NCBI GenBank assembly: GCA_965178125.1
Contig: OZ237735.1
Location: 1,240,001-1,304,000, forward strand
From: Bilabrum cf. latius
Taxonomy: Eukaryota
DNA length: 64,000 nt
Direction: 5' to 3'
Shown: piece by piece, positions 48,332 through 60,371 of the stretch
Layout: every line of letters begins with the position of its first letter
Position numbering within the stretch: the stretch's first letter is position 1
Made by a program: the position numbers and the translations under genes
Notes under the pieces: generated by a model
Databases searched by the model: none
Told to the model about the DNA's origin: nothing
Seen by the model: only the letters and a program-made list of their open reading frames with translations

Positions 48332-51300
48332 TCAGAATTCATCCATGATGTCCCCGCCCAAATCGCTGTCCCCAAAGGATTCCTCCTCCTCTTCCCCCTA
48401 CCCTTGCTGGTCATTACCTGTCTGTTCTCCCGCACCGGTACCTGCGCCCTCCCCGCCGGCCTGGAACCCCTCATCCTCCCCGTCGAGGCTGTCGGCCAGC
48501 ACGTCCTTCCCAGTTTCGAAGAGCTCCTCGCTGGCACGCCTTCCAAATTGGGGGCCCTGGGAGGCAGGCTGGCCACCCATAGATGCTATGGGCGGAAAGC
48601 GTGTTCCCGTATCGAGTACCCCCTCTCCTCTACTGTCCCTGTCCCTGTCATTGCCACCGTCCTGGTGCTCCTGTCCATCCCCCCCGTTCTCGTCGTCATC
48701 GGAGCCGAACTCGGAGTAAATATCACCATCTTCCTCCTCCTTGCCAACCTCCCCCACTGCACCGTGACCCTGGTCCGAGCCTTGATGCCGTTCCTTGCTA
48801 CCTTCACCTTCACTGCTCGAGTGGCTGCCAATCGCGCCCCCTGCCCCCTGCACCTCCGGTCCACGACTCGAATCACTAGCCCTAGCCCTATCCCCTGCCG
48901 CAGGCGCAGACGCAGCCGAGGCTAGTATTTGTGGCCGATTTCCATCTATATCTGATCCGAGACCAAGACCAAGACCGGAACCCTTGCCCAGGTCTGTGCC
49001 TGCCCCGGCCCCGGCAGGGTCCTGGGATCCGCCCGTGCCGCTGCCGAACGAGCCGCTGCCAGAGCGCCCAAGCCCACCAGCCGCTGGTGCAGGCGCAGGT
49101 GCAGGCGCAGGTGCAGGCGCAGGTGCAGGTACGTCCATCTCAGCCCCGGGTCCATTGAGCGGCCGCACCACCCCCCTGGGGCTCCCTCCGTCTCCAGTGC
49201 CACCACCTGATCGGCCCCGCCCTGACCGCTCCACCTCGATGCCGGACGGCTGCTGCTGCTGCTCTAACTGGCCGCCGCCGGTCTGACCCCCTTTGCCACT
49301 GTTCCCTGCCCCATCCGCTCCGCCCGTCTCGCCCCTGACGGCAGCCTCGGCCAGGGCCCGCCTCACCTACCTCTCCACGGCCATACCGCGGAAACCTCCG
49401 GACAGCGCGCGCACGCTGTCGTCCTGCCTGGCCTCGCGTCGGCGGTCCCGGTCCGCAGCTGCCTCCCCGACCGTTCCAGCGGCGGGGGGCGCAGGCAGGG
49501 CAGCCACAGCTGCGGACCCGCTCGCTCGCTGGGCCCCCTTGCCGCCGTCCCGCCTGCGCTGCAGCCGCTCCAGCAGTGCGTCGGTCGAATCCTTGTCGCT
49601 GTCATTCACGGTCCGGCCGCTCGCACCACCAGCCCCCGATTGCCGTGCCTGCGACCTAGCCGTCGCGTCGCGCAGCGGTTTGAAGGCGTCCTCGATCTGG
49701 GCCACTGCCCACCCGCCACTCTCGCCCTCTTCCGCGGACGCAGCTGCGCGGACCTCCGCCTCCACAGCCGCTGTCCTCGCCTACAGCTCCTCCGGAGGAG
49801 GTGCCCCGCCGGGAATCCTGGCGCCAGCCCTCATGGCTGCATGCCATAGCATGCCGTACCAGTCGCACGCGTCTGCCGACGCCCTCGACGCGTTCGAAGC
49901 GGTCTGCAGCCGCCTGTCAGCCTCCCCTTTCCACCTTCCCGCCTGCGCCCGCGACATTGCGTGCGTTCTCTCATCCTCTGCCCGCCCCTGCAGCAGCGAG
50001 GCCGCTCTCCTGCGCTGCTCGTCTGCCTCTCGCCTGAGAGCAGCGATTGTGCCCCTAGCTTCCTCCAGGCCGCGGATCGCCTCCGCTGCGGCGCCCTCCG
50101 TCTCGCTCGAGTCGCGCACCACGGCAGCCAGCTGCGCCGTAAGGGTGTCATTCCGGTGCCTCAGCCTCGAGCACTCCTCCCGCAGCTGCCTCTGCCTCGT
50201 CTCGTACGCGCCCATGGCCTCCCTCACCTCCTCACGAGCGCGCCTGCCGGCCTCCTGCGCCTCCACCCGCGCCGCATCTGCCCTGGCCCCTTCCTCGTCC
50301 CTGGCCTTGGACAGCTCCGCCCTCTCGTCCTCGTGCCTCTTCCTCGAGGCAGCCAGGGCGGACTTGGTGCCCTCCAGCTCCTCCCCGAGGACCGCCAGCC
50401 GCTCCTTGAGGCCCTGCGCCTCGCGCTCGGCCGCCTCGCGAGCAGCCGCCAGGTCCCTGCCGCCCTGCTGCGCCGCTGCCCTGGCCTGCGACAGCTCTCG
50501 GCTGGCTGCGTCCGAGGCGGCCTCGGCCTGCGCCGCCCGCCCCTCTGCCCTCCGCAGATCCTCTGCTGCCGCCCGCGCGGCGTCCTCTGCCTTGCTCTCC
50601 GCCTCTCGCAGAGCTGACTTGGCCTCCTCAGCAGCGGAATCTGCCTCCTGTGCGGCCTCTTGTGCGTCTCGCAGCGCCGCTCGATGGCTCTCCAGCTGCT
50701 CCCCCATGGCCCTGCGCTCCGCCGTGCTCCCGTCCTCGAGCGCCTCTAACCTACCCTCGGCCGACTCTGCCCTGGCCTCTGCATCCGCCAGCCGCTCCTG
50801 CAGCACCCCGCTGCGCTCCTCCGCCTGCTCCAGCGCCGCCCCCAGCCGCTACTCGACGGCGGAGATGCTCTCCGCCTCCCGCCTGACCCCCTCCTCTTCC
50901 GCCGCACGCAGGCGGTCCAGCAGCCGCGCGGCCTCTCGCCTCGCCTAAGACTCCCTCGCCTGCGCCGAGTCCCGATCCAGCACCGCCCTCTCTAGCCTTG
51001 TGACTGCGTCTTTCTCCACCCCCTCGGCCCGCTTGATCCTAGCCTCCAGCTCCCGCTGCCCCTGCTCCATCCGCTCTATCACTTCCTGCATCTGCTCGCA
51101 GTCCCCCCGCACCACCTTCGCCTCGGACTCGAGATCCCTGCACCTGCGCCTCGAGGCGTCCAGCTCCCCCTCGGCTTTGTTGAGTGCGCCGCGCAGCTGC
51201 CTGGATCGCTCCGAGTGCATGCGTGCTTGCGAGGCAAGGGCCTCGGCCTCCTTGCCGGCGCGCTGCGCCAGCTCCCGCAGCGCATCACGATACTCGGTGG

Positions 51301-52513
51301 CTTCCTGCTCGGCGCGGGACCGCCCCGCCTGGGCCGATCTCTCCCTCTCCTCTGCCGCCTCCAGGGCCTTCCTGGCCTCGTTGGCCTCGTTGGCAGCCCC
51401 CTTGAACCTGTCCTCTGCAGCCTCGCGCTGCTGCTTGAGCACCTCGATGGCCCGCCGCGCGTCTGCCAAGGTGTCCAAAGTCGTCTGCTGCGCCTGCCTC
51501 GCCTGCTGCAGCTGCTCCCGGCTTTGCTTCAGAGCGTCCTCCGTGCGTTCGAGCTGCTGCGCCAGCGCCGCAACCTCTGCCCGTAGCAGCTCTGCCTCCC
51601 GCTCCACCAGCCCCAGGCGCTCCACGGCCTCGTCCTCGAGAGCGCCACGGGTGATCGAGGCGTGGCCGAAGCCAGGAGGAGGGGCCTATCCCGACCTGCC
51701 CCCGGTGGTGCGGCCCGCTGCCGTTGCGAGTCCCCCAAAGGAGGACCCGCCCCCGCCCAGGCCCATCCCAGAGGAGTCCACCCCCGACGGCCCCTTGGAC
51801 GTCCCGTGCCCCGGGCCCCCAGCGGAGCCGTCTGCGATCAGCTTGGTGCGCGCAGCAGCCGCTGCCCCCATCGGGTCCTGGGTGGCCGCTTCGAGGTCTT
51901 CTGCGATCGCCCGCTGCAGGTCAGACCTGAGCGCCGCGTTTTCCTCCGTGAGCGCGACGGCCTTGTCCTGCGCTGCCCGGAGGGTTTCGCCCATGGCGCC
52001 GTTCGCCTCTTCCAGCTCGCCGATCCTGCCATCGTAAGCAACTAGCAAAGGAACCATCACGTCGGGGTCCACGACCCACGGAGGCAGATCTTCTGAGCCC
52101 TCCCACGAAGTAGCGGCGCCGTCTTCTTTGCTCTCTCTCGCAGCGCCGCTCTGCTCCAAGCCGGCCTGCCGCGACAGCGCTCTGTTGAGTTCCGTTTGAG
52201 AACGCGCAAGCATCTGTCGAAGATGCTCATTCTAAATGGACAGTTGTCTGCGAATCAAATGACGAATGACCCTACGTTGGTGCGGATATGACATGGCAAC
52301 ACAGCGCAGTGAATCGGTGTCTCTGAGTGCAGGAGCTTACCGGAGCTACTGTGCCAGTTCGCCCTCCTGGGACACATCCAGAGGATTGCCAGACTGCAAT
52401 CAGAAGACAAATAATGATGCAAGCAGGCAGTGGCGTGCCCTGAAACGGACAAACGTTACGGGCAACCGATCCAAGCTCCTGCTTACCATACCGCTCGCTG
52501 CTGTAGCTGCCAT
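48332..52513 (-). CDS. Long coiled-coil centriolar protein, SCLT1-like; TAG read as Gln
   Basis: Five co-framed ORFs plus two small 5' exons (introns 52394-52486 and 52248-52340, both GTAAGC..GCAG), 8 TAG, TGA 48332. LRQLSI*NEHL and PLLVAYDGRIGEL..EENAALRSDL resemble remembered SCLT1/CEP89 N-terminal motifs. Confidence 0.7.
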
Positions 52514-52710
52514 GGACACAGATGGGAAGCAAGCTCAGAGTCGCGCCTTAATTTCTTAAGAATGAACTCTACCTTCCAGAGCGCTATCGAAAAATAGCCT
52601 GATTTGTAGCCGTAGGTCAGACCTAGCGGTCCCGCTCGTCAACGGACCACCGATCGTTTGCGGAACTCTAATGAAGTGCGCGGCGCCGAAAGCGAAGTGC
52701 AAGGGAATCC

Positions 52711-52891
52711 CGGGGCTAAGCGCGCCCATGCAGGGAGTCGTGCGGCGAGGCCGAGGAGCAGAGTCTAGCATGACCCTTCCACGAACCAGCACCGCAAGAA
52801 CACCACTTTGAGAAAGAGGAACCCAACCCATCCTAGCACGGACAGGGGCACAGCGGCCAGGGAACCACGGGGCTAAGCGCGCCCATGCAGG
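52711..52891. repeat. Pair of identical 24-bp direct repeats 157 bp apart in intergenic DNA
   Basis: cggggctaagcgcgcccatgcagg at 52711-52734 and 52868-52891, with partial similarity in the flanks. Confidence 0.9.
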
Positions 52892-53148
52892 AGCGGAGCA
52901 CAGCAACTGAAATACACGCAATCTCGGCCCGCAGGGCCGAGCACAAACAGACAAACAAACAATAATAAAAGCGAAGGGAATACACACGACATGTTGACCC
53001 CCATACCTTACCTTTGTACGGCTGGGGTCTGCTGTATTTACGAAGGAGTGGGGCGCGCAGGGTTTGCAGCTAGTGCCTGCGTAAAGTAACGTGCCATTCC
53101 CTCTAGAATGCAATATAGCCTGCAGCGATAAGCAAATACGCCTGCGTA

Positions 53149-54819
53149 ATGGATGGAGAGGACAGCGGCTACGAAGCAGACGGAGGTAACGTAAAATATG
53201 GAACAAATAGAGAGGGAAAACGAGGTTCCAATCCATTAGATATTGGAATTAGGCGCTCAAATGCGTATGTATCTGAGGCTTCGTCCGGGTACGCTGCCGG
53301 TGGGTCTGCTAACAGCTCCGCTGGTCGAAAGAGCCCTTTGCACAGTGGAATTGACTCTATATAGAACAGCGATTACGATAGTGGGATTGCTGGTGACCTG
53401 TCTGGTTTTGAAGACGTCGCGAGGCTGCACCGCCGATCGAAACCTTCACACAGAATATAGAGCCGTTCTCGGCACAAAAGAACTCAGTCTCCCGGGAAAC
53501 ATAGTCATCGTGGTCAATCAAAGCGGTCTGTTCCATCGCAGTCGGGGGCGGCCCTTGAACTTGCGCTTCCGGCTGGAAGCCGGCATGGTGAAGCCGGCCT
53601 GAAGCGAGCAGCGGCATCATCTGCTTCGTCGGGGCCCCAGCTCCCGCCCTCGCAGCAGGGATCCACAGGTGCTAGTGCCCGAGATTCTAGCTCTGGTCCC
53701 AGCACAGCGGCAAGGCGCGCTCCTTGGGGCGGTGTAACCCGCTACTCTCCCCTGGCCGGTCCTCGCCCGCCCTCTGCAGTGCTCCAGGCAGCGCTGGCGT
53801 CGGGCAGATCAGTGGACTCTGTTCTAAGGGGCACCAAGGCGCAGCAGCAGCAGCAATAGTACCAACAGAAGCTCAGGCCATCAGAGGGATCGATGCCGAT
53901 GACTGGCATGCCCCCACCAACCTACACGGGCACCTGGGTGCCTGGCGAATCGGCCCCGTTGCAGGAGATCGGCACCGGCACGGTTGGCAAGAAAAGGAAG
54001 CGCAGCGCCGACGGCAAGCCAGGCAAGTCAGAGACGATCGTGTACCCGGCGTCAATCGCGATGGGTGGCCCGGGCGGCCAGCCGCAGCCACCTACGGCAA
54101 TGCAGCCGTAGCAGCAGCAACTGTAGCCGCTGCCCAGCGGCAGCGGTGCTCCAATGTGGGCAGATCAACGCAGTGCACAAGGGGTTGCAGCGGGCACAGG
54201 TGCGGGCGCAATGCCTCAGCTAGCTAGTGCTGCACGGCTTGCGAGGCCACGTGCTCGCCCGAGCGCCAGTGTGAGTCCAGGCGCCAGTGCGGGCCTGCGT
54301 TCAATGGCGGGCGGGGTGCCACAGTTCGGCGGTCCGTTCGCGCACAGGGTCGTGTCCTGGGGCGCAGATGGCGGGGCAGGTCGGCCCACGGGACCTGCAC
54401 CGTCGATCAAAGGGCAGAAGGAGCGCGACAGGGAGGTCGGCAGGAGGCGAGGACGACAACGCTCGGGAGCAGCAGCAGGCAGCGGCAGCGGCGGCGGCAG
54501 CGGGGGAAGCACCTCGGGTGATCTGGCGGACGGCGAGTCTGGGCTGATCAAGGGCTCGATGCCCATCGTGGACGATGGCGCAGAGGGCGACGGAGAGGCC
54601 ATGAGCGACAACTCGGAGCCGTATTCAAGTTTCCGGAGGGAGTTCGTGCCGGACCGGTCCGACACGGCAGAGGGGTACTTGCCCAGCGGCTCTGACGGGG
54701 CCACAGACGAGGACACGCCCAGGGGCGGGGTCAGCAGAGGCGGGCATGCTAGTAGTGCCAGGTAGAAGGCAGCGTCGGGTGCCCGTGTGAAGAAGCAGGG
54801 GTAGGGGGAAGGCACGTGA
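53149..54819 (+). CDS. Hypothetical low-complexity (Ser/Gly/Gln-rich) nuclear protein; TAG read as Gln
   Basis: ORFs 53149..53364, 53893..54111 and 54154..54765 are co-framed, 7 TAG, TGA at 54817-54819. NLS-like KKRKR; poly-Gln tracts contain TAG. Confidence 0.7.
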
Positions 54820-54975
54820 TGCAGTTGGGGTGTGCTGCCTTTGGTAGCAGTCTCGGTGGTGAGGTTCTATCGAGATTAGAAAGCGATCGCAGCATTACAC
54901 CACTGAAGAATTCAGTACCACAGGCGGACACAGCAGTGCATCATCCCAACAAATTAAACAGATCCGACCTAATTA

Positions 54976-57900
54976 TCAGATCCCAGGCCCCCCTCCTCCC
55001 GCCACGCTCGACCTGAGCTCAGGGGGCACGTACACGCCTGCATCATCCAGCAGGGTGAGCATGCCAACCGCACTCTGCTGCAGGTTTGCCAGCCTCTCTG
55101 TGATGGTGAGCAGCTGTCGATCGTAGGCCTGCTACAGCCGGGCCGCCTCCTGTTTAGCCTCCGCTGCTTCTTGCTGCGCGGAGACCAGCAGCTCGACGTG
55201 ACGCTGCAGGACGGCTTTCGACTCGCCCAGCTGCGTGCGGAGCACCTCTATCTCGGTGTGACGAGTGCATCCGCTCCGAGACGAGACGCTGCCGGAGCGG
55301 CTTCGAGTGGGGCTGCCCACTCCGCTGGGCTCGGATCCGTTTCGCAGCGCTCGTCCCGAAGGCTGGCCAGATACGGGGTCTGCCTTTACTTCCTCCTCAA
55401 TCGCAAGATCTGCCTCGCTACCCAGGCCAGTGACATGCTCGCCTGCATCTCCGGGGGAGGATGCGCGGGAGCTTGGTGCCGCCGGGCTGTTGTCCACCGT
55501 GATCGGCCTCAGGAGGCCCAGGGCCCTCGCTGCTTCCCTCACCTCCGCAGGCAGAGGGGCGATCGCACGTAGACCCGCTGCCGTCCCGCCTCCCGGTGCC
55601 GTGCCTCCCAAAAATACAGTGCCGACTGTTGCTTCAGTTGCTGCGGCCGCTGCGGCAGCCTCGAGTAGGCTAGACTTGGACTCTTTCGTGCTGCGAGCTG
55701 CATCTCCGTTGAGCACAGCGCCGACAGCAGCGGCATGGACGGTTTGCTCTCGACTCAGAAGCAGCTTGAAGGCACGCCGTGACAGAAAGGCTCCTTCCTG
55801 ACCTCGTGGTCTCTGCATAGTAGCGCGAGGCCGCCGCTGCTTGGACTGCTTCGCCATCGCCTGCTGGCTGAGCATTGGCGAGATTGATGTTACCCCGATG
55901 CTGGTCACCTAGCCGCAGGCATGCTTCGGCTAGCCCTGTTCTCTGGCTTGTTCAAGCTGCTACAGGCGGCCCACAGCTTCGTCCCGCTCGGCCCTGATAC
56001 TCCGCATCTCTAGTCTAGCCTAGCGCAGCCCATCTCTGAGCCCTGGCACCTCGCCAAGTGCCCGACGCGCGGCACCGAGATCCACCCTGCTTCTCTTTCC
56101 AGCCCTACGAGCTGCAACACGGTTATAGGCCACGGCTGCTGGGTGCATAGACTGCGTTGCTCCGGCAATGAATCGCGCACCCGCTGCTTCTGCGCGCAGT
56201 GCCCCGGTCTGCAACGCCAAATCGATTGCGTTGCTTGCCATTCTAGGCTACCTCTGGAAATCTCTGGCATGCGTACTGCTGGATACCACGACAAGGCCTG
56301 GTTCAGCCACGTGATCTGTTTCGACCCTTCGTGGCAGCGCACACGACAGGCGCGTGTCAAGGGCTCTGCCTGACTGCTGCTCCCACTGCACGTTGGATGC
56401 ACCGCCCGCCGGGGCAGATGCGCTATTGACTTCGCCCCGACCAAGAAATAGCCTCCTTTCTACTTTTCCAATGGAAGCTGGAGTGGCTATCGCAGGATCA
56501 GAACCGTCAGTCGCACTACCCCTTGCCGAAGGCACCTTAATTGGTGGGGTGAGCTACGTATTCGCCGCGAAAGAGGCTACTTCATCAGCGTGAGTGGCAT
56601 CAGATCCTTTGTTGTCAGGCTGACCGTTTCTTGGCACTTCCAACTGCTCCTCGTCACTATTATGCCCATAGCTGACTCGTTCACTATCAGGTGCACCAGC
56701 CAGCAGTAAAGCTAATTGCTCATCAGACCCAGTGGCAAGCGAGAGGCTTGCTGCCTCCTATTCTGTTGGCATGCGAGATTGCGGCGGGGTGCCTGCCCAT
56801 CGGCCCACTGTGGTGCTCAGCACATCTACTGAGCGTTTCAATTGCTGTCCAAGCTTCCATTCAGCTTGCTACTGCTCTAGGCCGGCATTCACCGCCTCGG
56901 TAGTCGTGTCGCCCCTAATTGCTGCGGCCCCGGGATTCAATTGGCAGGCTACCATTGAAGCAAGCCTCTGCGTGGCGGGGTGATCCAGCTGCAGGAGACT
57001 CGCCGCAGCTCCTGCCTTGGCGGCTAGCTGCAGAGCTACGGCGGCACTCTTGGCTACAGTGGCACAGGCAGCGACTGCACTCTGCAATTGGTCGCTAGCT
57101 CCAGCTTGACGTTCATCGCTGTCGCCCGCGTCCCGGCCGCCTGCAGCAGAGGCTCCTGATCGACGGCTCAGGGAAGATCGGCGACCCCTCCACGTGCCAA
57201 CGTCGGCCGAATTCATGTCTGTGCCTCGTGAAAGCGATTCCAGCAGCTTGGTGGCGTGCTCCGCAGCTCGAAGGACTGCATGCGCCCTGGCGCCATCTTC
57301 AGCACCGAGCGCCGTGGCGAGCTCCGGCATAGCGGCCGCGTCCGAGGAACGCCGGGCAGGTTTGGGTGTGTGTCCCAGCTCGCTTCGTTCGTCTGCTTGC
57401 AGCCCTTGCGCGGATCTCCACTGCCTCAAAGCTGAGCGCCACACGGCTGCATGGGACGAGATGGCAGATTGCACGCTGCCAGCGCACCGCTGCATTTTCT
57501 CCGCGACTATCGCTGCAGCTTGCTTCGATCCCGTAGGACTCATGGAGCCTGCCATCCAAAGCATTGCGGCCTCCAACCCGTTTGATGTGCGTTCTGTGCT
57601 CGGTGTGACATCACCCCGTGCGACGCCAGGTCGCAGCGCAGCCTAGTTGCCGCTGCCAGAGGCAACCTCACCCCCACAACGCCTTGGCACAAGCTCTGCG
57701 CAGCCTAGGAGACCAGCCTCTCGTACGCTGCTCAGCAGCTGCGACAAAGAGGTGTAGAGAGATTCTAGCTCGTCGGCCGTGTCCAGCCAGGCGTCCGCTC
57801 CAGCCCGGAGCGCCGAGAGACAGGCTCCCGTGCCGAGTGGGGCGGCGGCAGCGTCGCTGGAACCACCGCCATGCCCGTCCGCCGATATCCCCCCTACTCG

Positions 57901-59019
57901 ACCGTACCTGTCTGGAATGTGATCGTTAGACCCAGCACCCCTTGCCACAGGCGCCTCAGGCGTTTTCCCCGGTCCGCCATCGATGGCAAGCTGCCGCAGC
58001 GACGACGACTCGCCGTCGACCGCGATGCGCGCGAGCAGACCGGCCATACCGCGCCCTTGCTCAGCGACGGCAGAAGTAAGAGCCCGCACCGCCTCTCTGC
58101 AGCCCTTGATATCTCGCACGAAAGCGCCCGACCTCGAGAAAGCCCCAGAAACAACGCGGCTCACGTTGCCGTCTGCTCCGTGCGGGCCGCGGCTGCATGC
58201 TGCTGATACAGCCAGATCTAGAGCTGCAAATCGAGAGTCTGTCGTAAAGGTTCCTCTTTTGAGATTCGAATGCGTCGCTCTGCTCGCTGCGAGAAGTGCC
58301 AGAGCTCTGCGCCGTGCACGCTGCTGCCGGCGCAATGCCAACACGAGCCTGTCTCGCGACTCCGCCCCGGATTCTAGCTGTGCTTGCATGCTGACCATAT
58401 CTCGCTTGGCTAGTGCCCTCACACCTTCTAGCATGTCACCTCTGGCAGCTGCAAGCTCTTGTGCATCGTGTGTCTGCTGTTGCAGCTGTCGAATCTGCGC
58501 TCTGAGGGCCGACAACTCTCCTTCTCGTACATCTCGGAGGAGCTTGAGCTCTTTGTCTGCGCGAGCCGCTCGCTGCTTTTCCTTTTCGATGGCTGCAAGT
58601 GTGGAGTGAAGCTTTCGTTTTTCGCTTGTATCGGTGGTGTCCGTCCACAAACCAAACACAGAGCCAGTTGCTGGCGAGTCTGCAGCCGGGTCAGTGCCGA
58701 CCGTTTGCAGAAGGGTTTGAATCTGACTTGTGGCATCATTCAGATCTGTTTGGAGCTAATCTGCCCTGCTGGACTCTCTGCTAGCCTCAGCTTCGGAGTT
58801 GAGCACGGCAAGCTGAGATTCTCGCAGGCGTTTGCTGAGGTCCTCCTTCCGCTTGTGTTCATGCGCAAGGGCCTCCCGGATAGATTCGACCTAGTTCTTC
58901 TTGCGAGAATAAGCCAACCACAGCTTTCTATACAACCTCATCACGGCGTCCTGTGGCTATGCGGAGTGTCGCAATACATGAGAATCAGGTCGTGGTATGT
59001 GCTCTTCACTCGCATCCAT
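54976..59019 (-). CDS. PPP1R21: PPP1R21 (KLRAQ/FERRY scaffold)-like coiled-coil protein; TAG read as Gln
   Basis: Single frame with 13 TAG, ends TGA TAA. N-terminal YRKLWLAYSRKKN*VESIREAL resembles YQKLAQEYSKLRAQNQVLKKGV; C-terminal QAYDRQLLTITERL resembles RSYEDQLSMMSDHL (both from memory). Confidence 0.65.
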
Positions 59020-59612
59020 CACGTAAAAATTGCCTCGTGGAAAACCCAAATCAGATCATAATGTGAACCCGATCACTCGTATGCGTCTGGAATAACACAG
59101 AACTTCACAAGATGCGGGCAGGCCACTGGCTTTCGGGACCGTTCAGGAGAGTCTGGTGACGAGTGCTGCGACAAAAGCTGCGAGACTCCGGGAAGGTGCT
59201 CAGTGTGATGGCTTGCAGCGTGAGTATAGGGCCGCATGTCTTCTATCCGAGTAGGAATAGGGCACGGGGTGATTCAGACAGGCGAATTGGCGACCGACTG
59301 GCGGCGCCGAGACTGATTGCGCGTGCAGGTAGAGAGTGTTCAAAGCTGGTGTGCCGCAGATTCAAAACATTGCCGTTATGACCCAATCCAACCTTTGGAC
59401 AGCCAAGGTCTGTGAGCCAGACCGCCTATTCCGCAGACCCAGCCAGCAGCACCTGCCAACTCCACCCAAAGCAGCCCCGGTGCACATGCTGTCACCAGAA
59501 TGGATATCACGCGTCGCATCTATTCTGGTGACAGCATCTATGCGCTTATCCCCCCAGCTTTAACACAATACGAGGCAGCGCCGTGCAGGGCTCCTGCCCG
59601 CTGAATCTGCGC

Positions 59613-60206
59613 TCACCGGTGCTTCTTGCGGCGGTCCAGCGGAGGATCCATCAAGAAGCACACTACAAGCCACGAAACAGACACTGCAATGATCTGCCAG
59701 TGCAACGACACGGAATAATCGCCTCCAATCATCAGCAACGCCGAGCCGCCTGCTAGCAGCGAGGACCCCAGAAAAGCTACAGTTGGTGAATAGAAAGTTC
59801 CAGACACCAGAATCAGAGTTCCAAGCAGCCACACGGCCGTGGCCGCTCCATGGATAAGTTCTTTGAACGTGAGAGCGTTCTTGCCCAAGGACCGGCGAAC
59901 GAACTGCGAAGCCTCTGCCATGCTCGCCCGCACGGTGTTGTCGTCGTCGCTGATCAAATCATCGGGGATGCCAGTGCGGCACCACTGCGCTACAGGTTTT
60001 GATGCAAACGCTACAGCATTGCTGAAATCTGAGGCACTAGACCCGAGCAGTTTTTCTGTGCCGCCGCATACAACGTGGTTCCACCTGAGCAGGTTGGTTG
60101 TTCGCGATGCCCTGGATGAGCTCTCCAACAAAATCGGTGGAGAAAGGACGCAAACCAAAGAAATTACAATAGCAAAGGTAGTTGCAAAGTTCCCGCAGAT
60201 TGGCAT
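59613..60206 (-). CDS. Hypothetical multi-pass membrane protein (5' exon; 3' end unresolved, probably continues toward ~59110)
   Basis: Hydrophobic segments FAIVISLVCVL, AVWLLGTLILV, FLGSSLLAGGSALL, IIAVSVSWLVVCFL. The apparent TGA lies within a CG|GTGAG splice-donor-like site. Confidence 0.45.
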   Translation of the reverse strand: MPICGNFATTFAIVISLVCVLSPPILLESSSRASRTTNLLRWNHVVCGGTEKLLGSSASDFSNAVAFASKPVAQWCRTGIPDDLISDDDNTVRASMAEASQFVRRSLGKNALTFKELIHGAATAVWLLGTLILVSGTFYSPTVAFLGSSLLAGGSALLMIGGDYSVSLHWQIIAVSVSWLVVCFLMDPPLDRRKKHR

Positions 60207-60371
60207 CGGGAAAATACCCTGGAAATGCGGGAAAATCGCAGTTTCGCGGGAACGGCTGGTGTGATTCGGAGTGGAAAAAAGCACCGACCAAATCAGACCA
60301 CACAACTTGACGGGTCCCGACTGTCAAAACATAAAGCGTATCTGCTTCATGTGGCATGTGACATGTGGCCA

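Noticed and set aside
49085-49130. Short tandem repeats (APAPAP here; GMGMGM ~17164-17190; poly-Glu ~23318-23358)
   Set aside because: Ordinary coding low-complexity tracts within annotated genes.
49293-50948. 551-aa plus-strand ORF (and similar long ORFs 6848..8161, 15628..16923, 19661..20968, 42326..43867)
   Set aside because: Antisense shadows of GC-rich real genes on the opposite strand; no domains and Ser/Ala/Arg-biased composition.
52711-52891. CRISPR-like repeat pair
   Set aside because: Only two copies, a 133-bp spacer, eukaryotic context and no cas genes.
52556-53236. 226-aa minus-strand ORF
   Set aside because: Overlaps the start of the plus-strand gene at 53149, has no motifs, and spans the repeat/hairpin region; probably a chance ORF.
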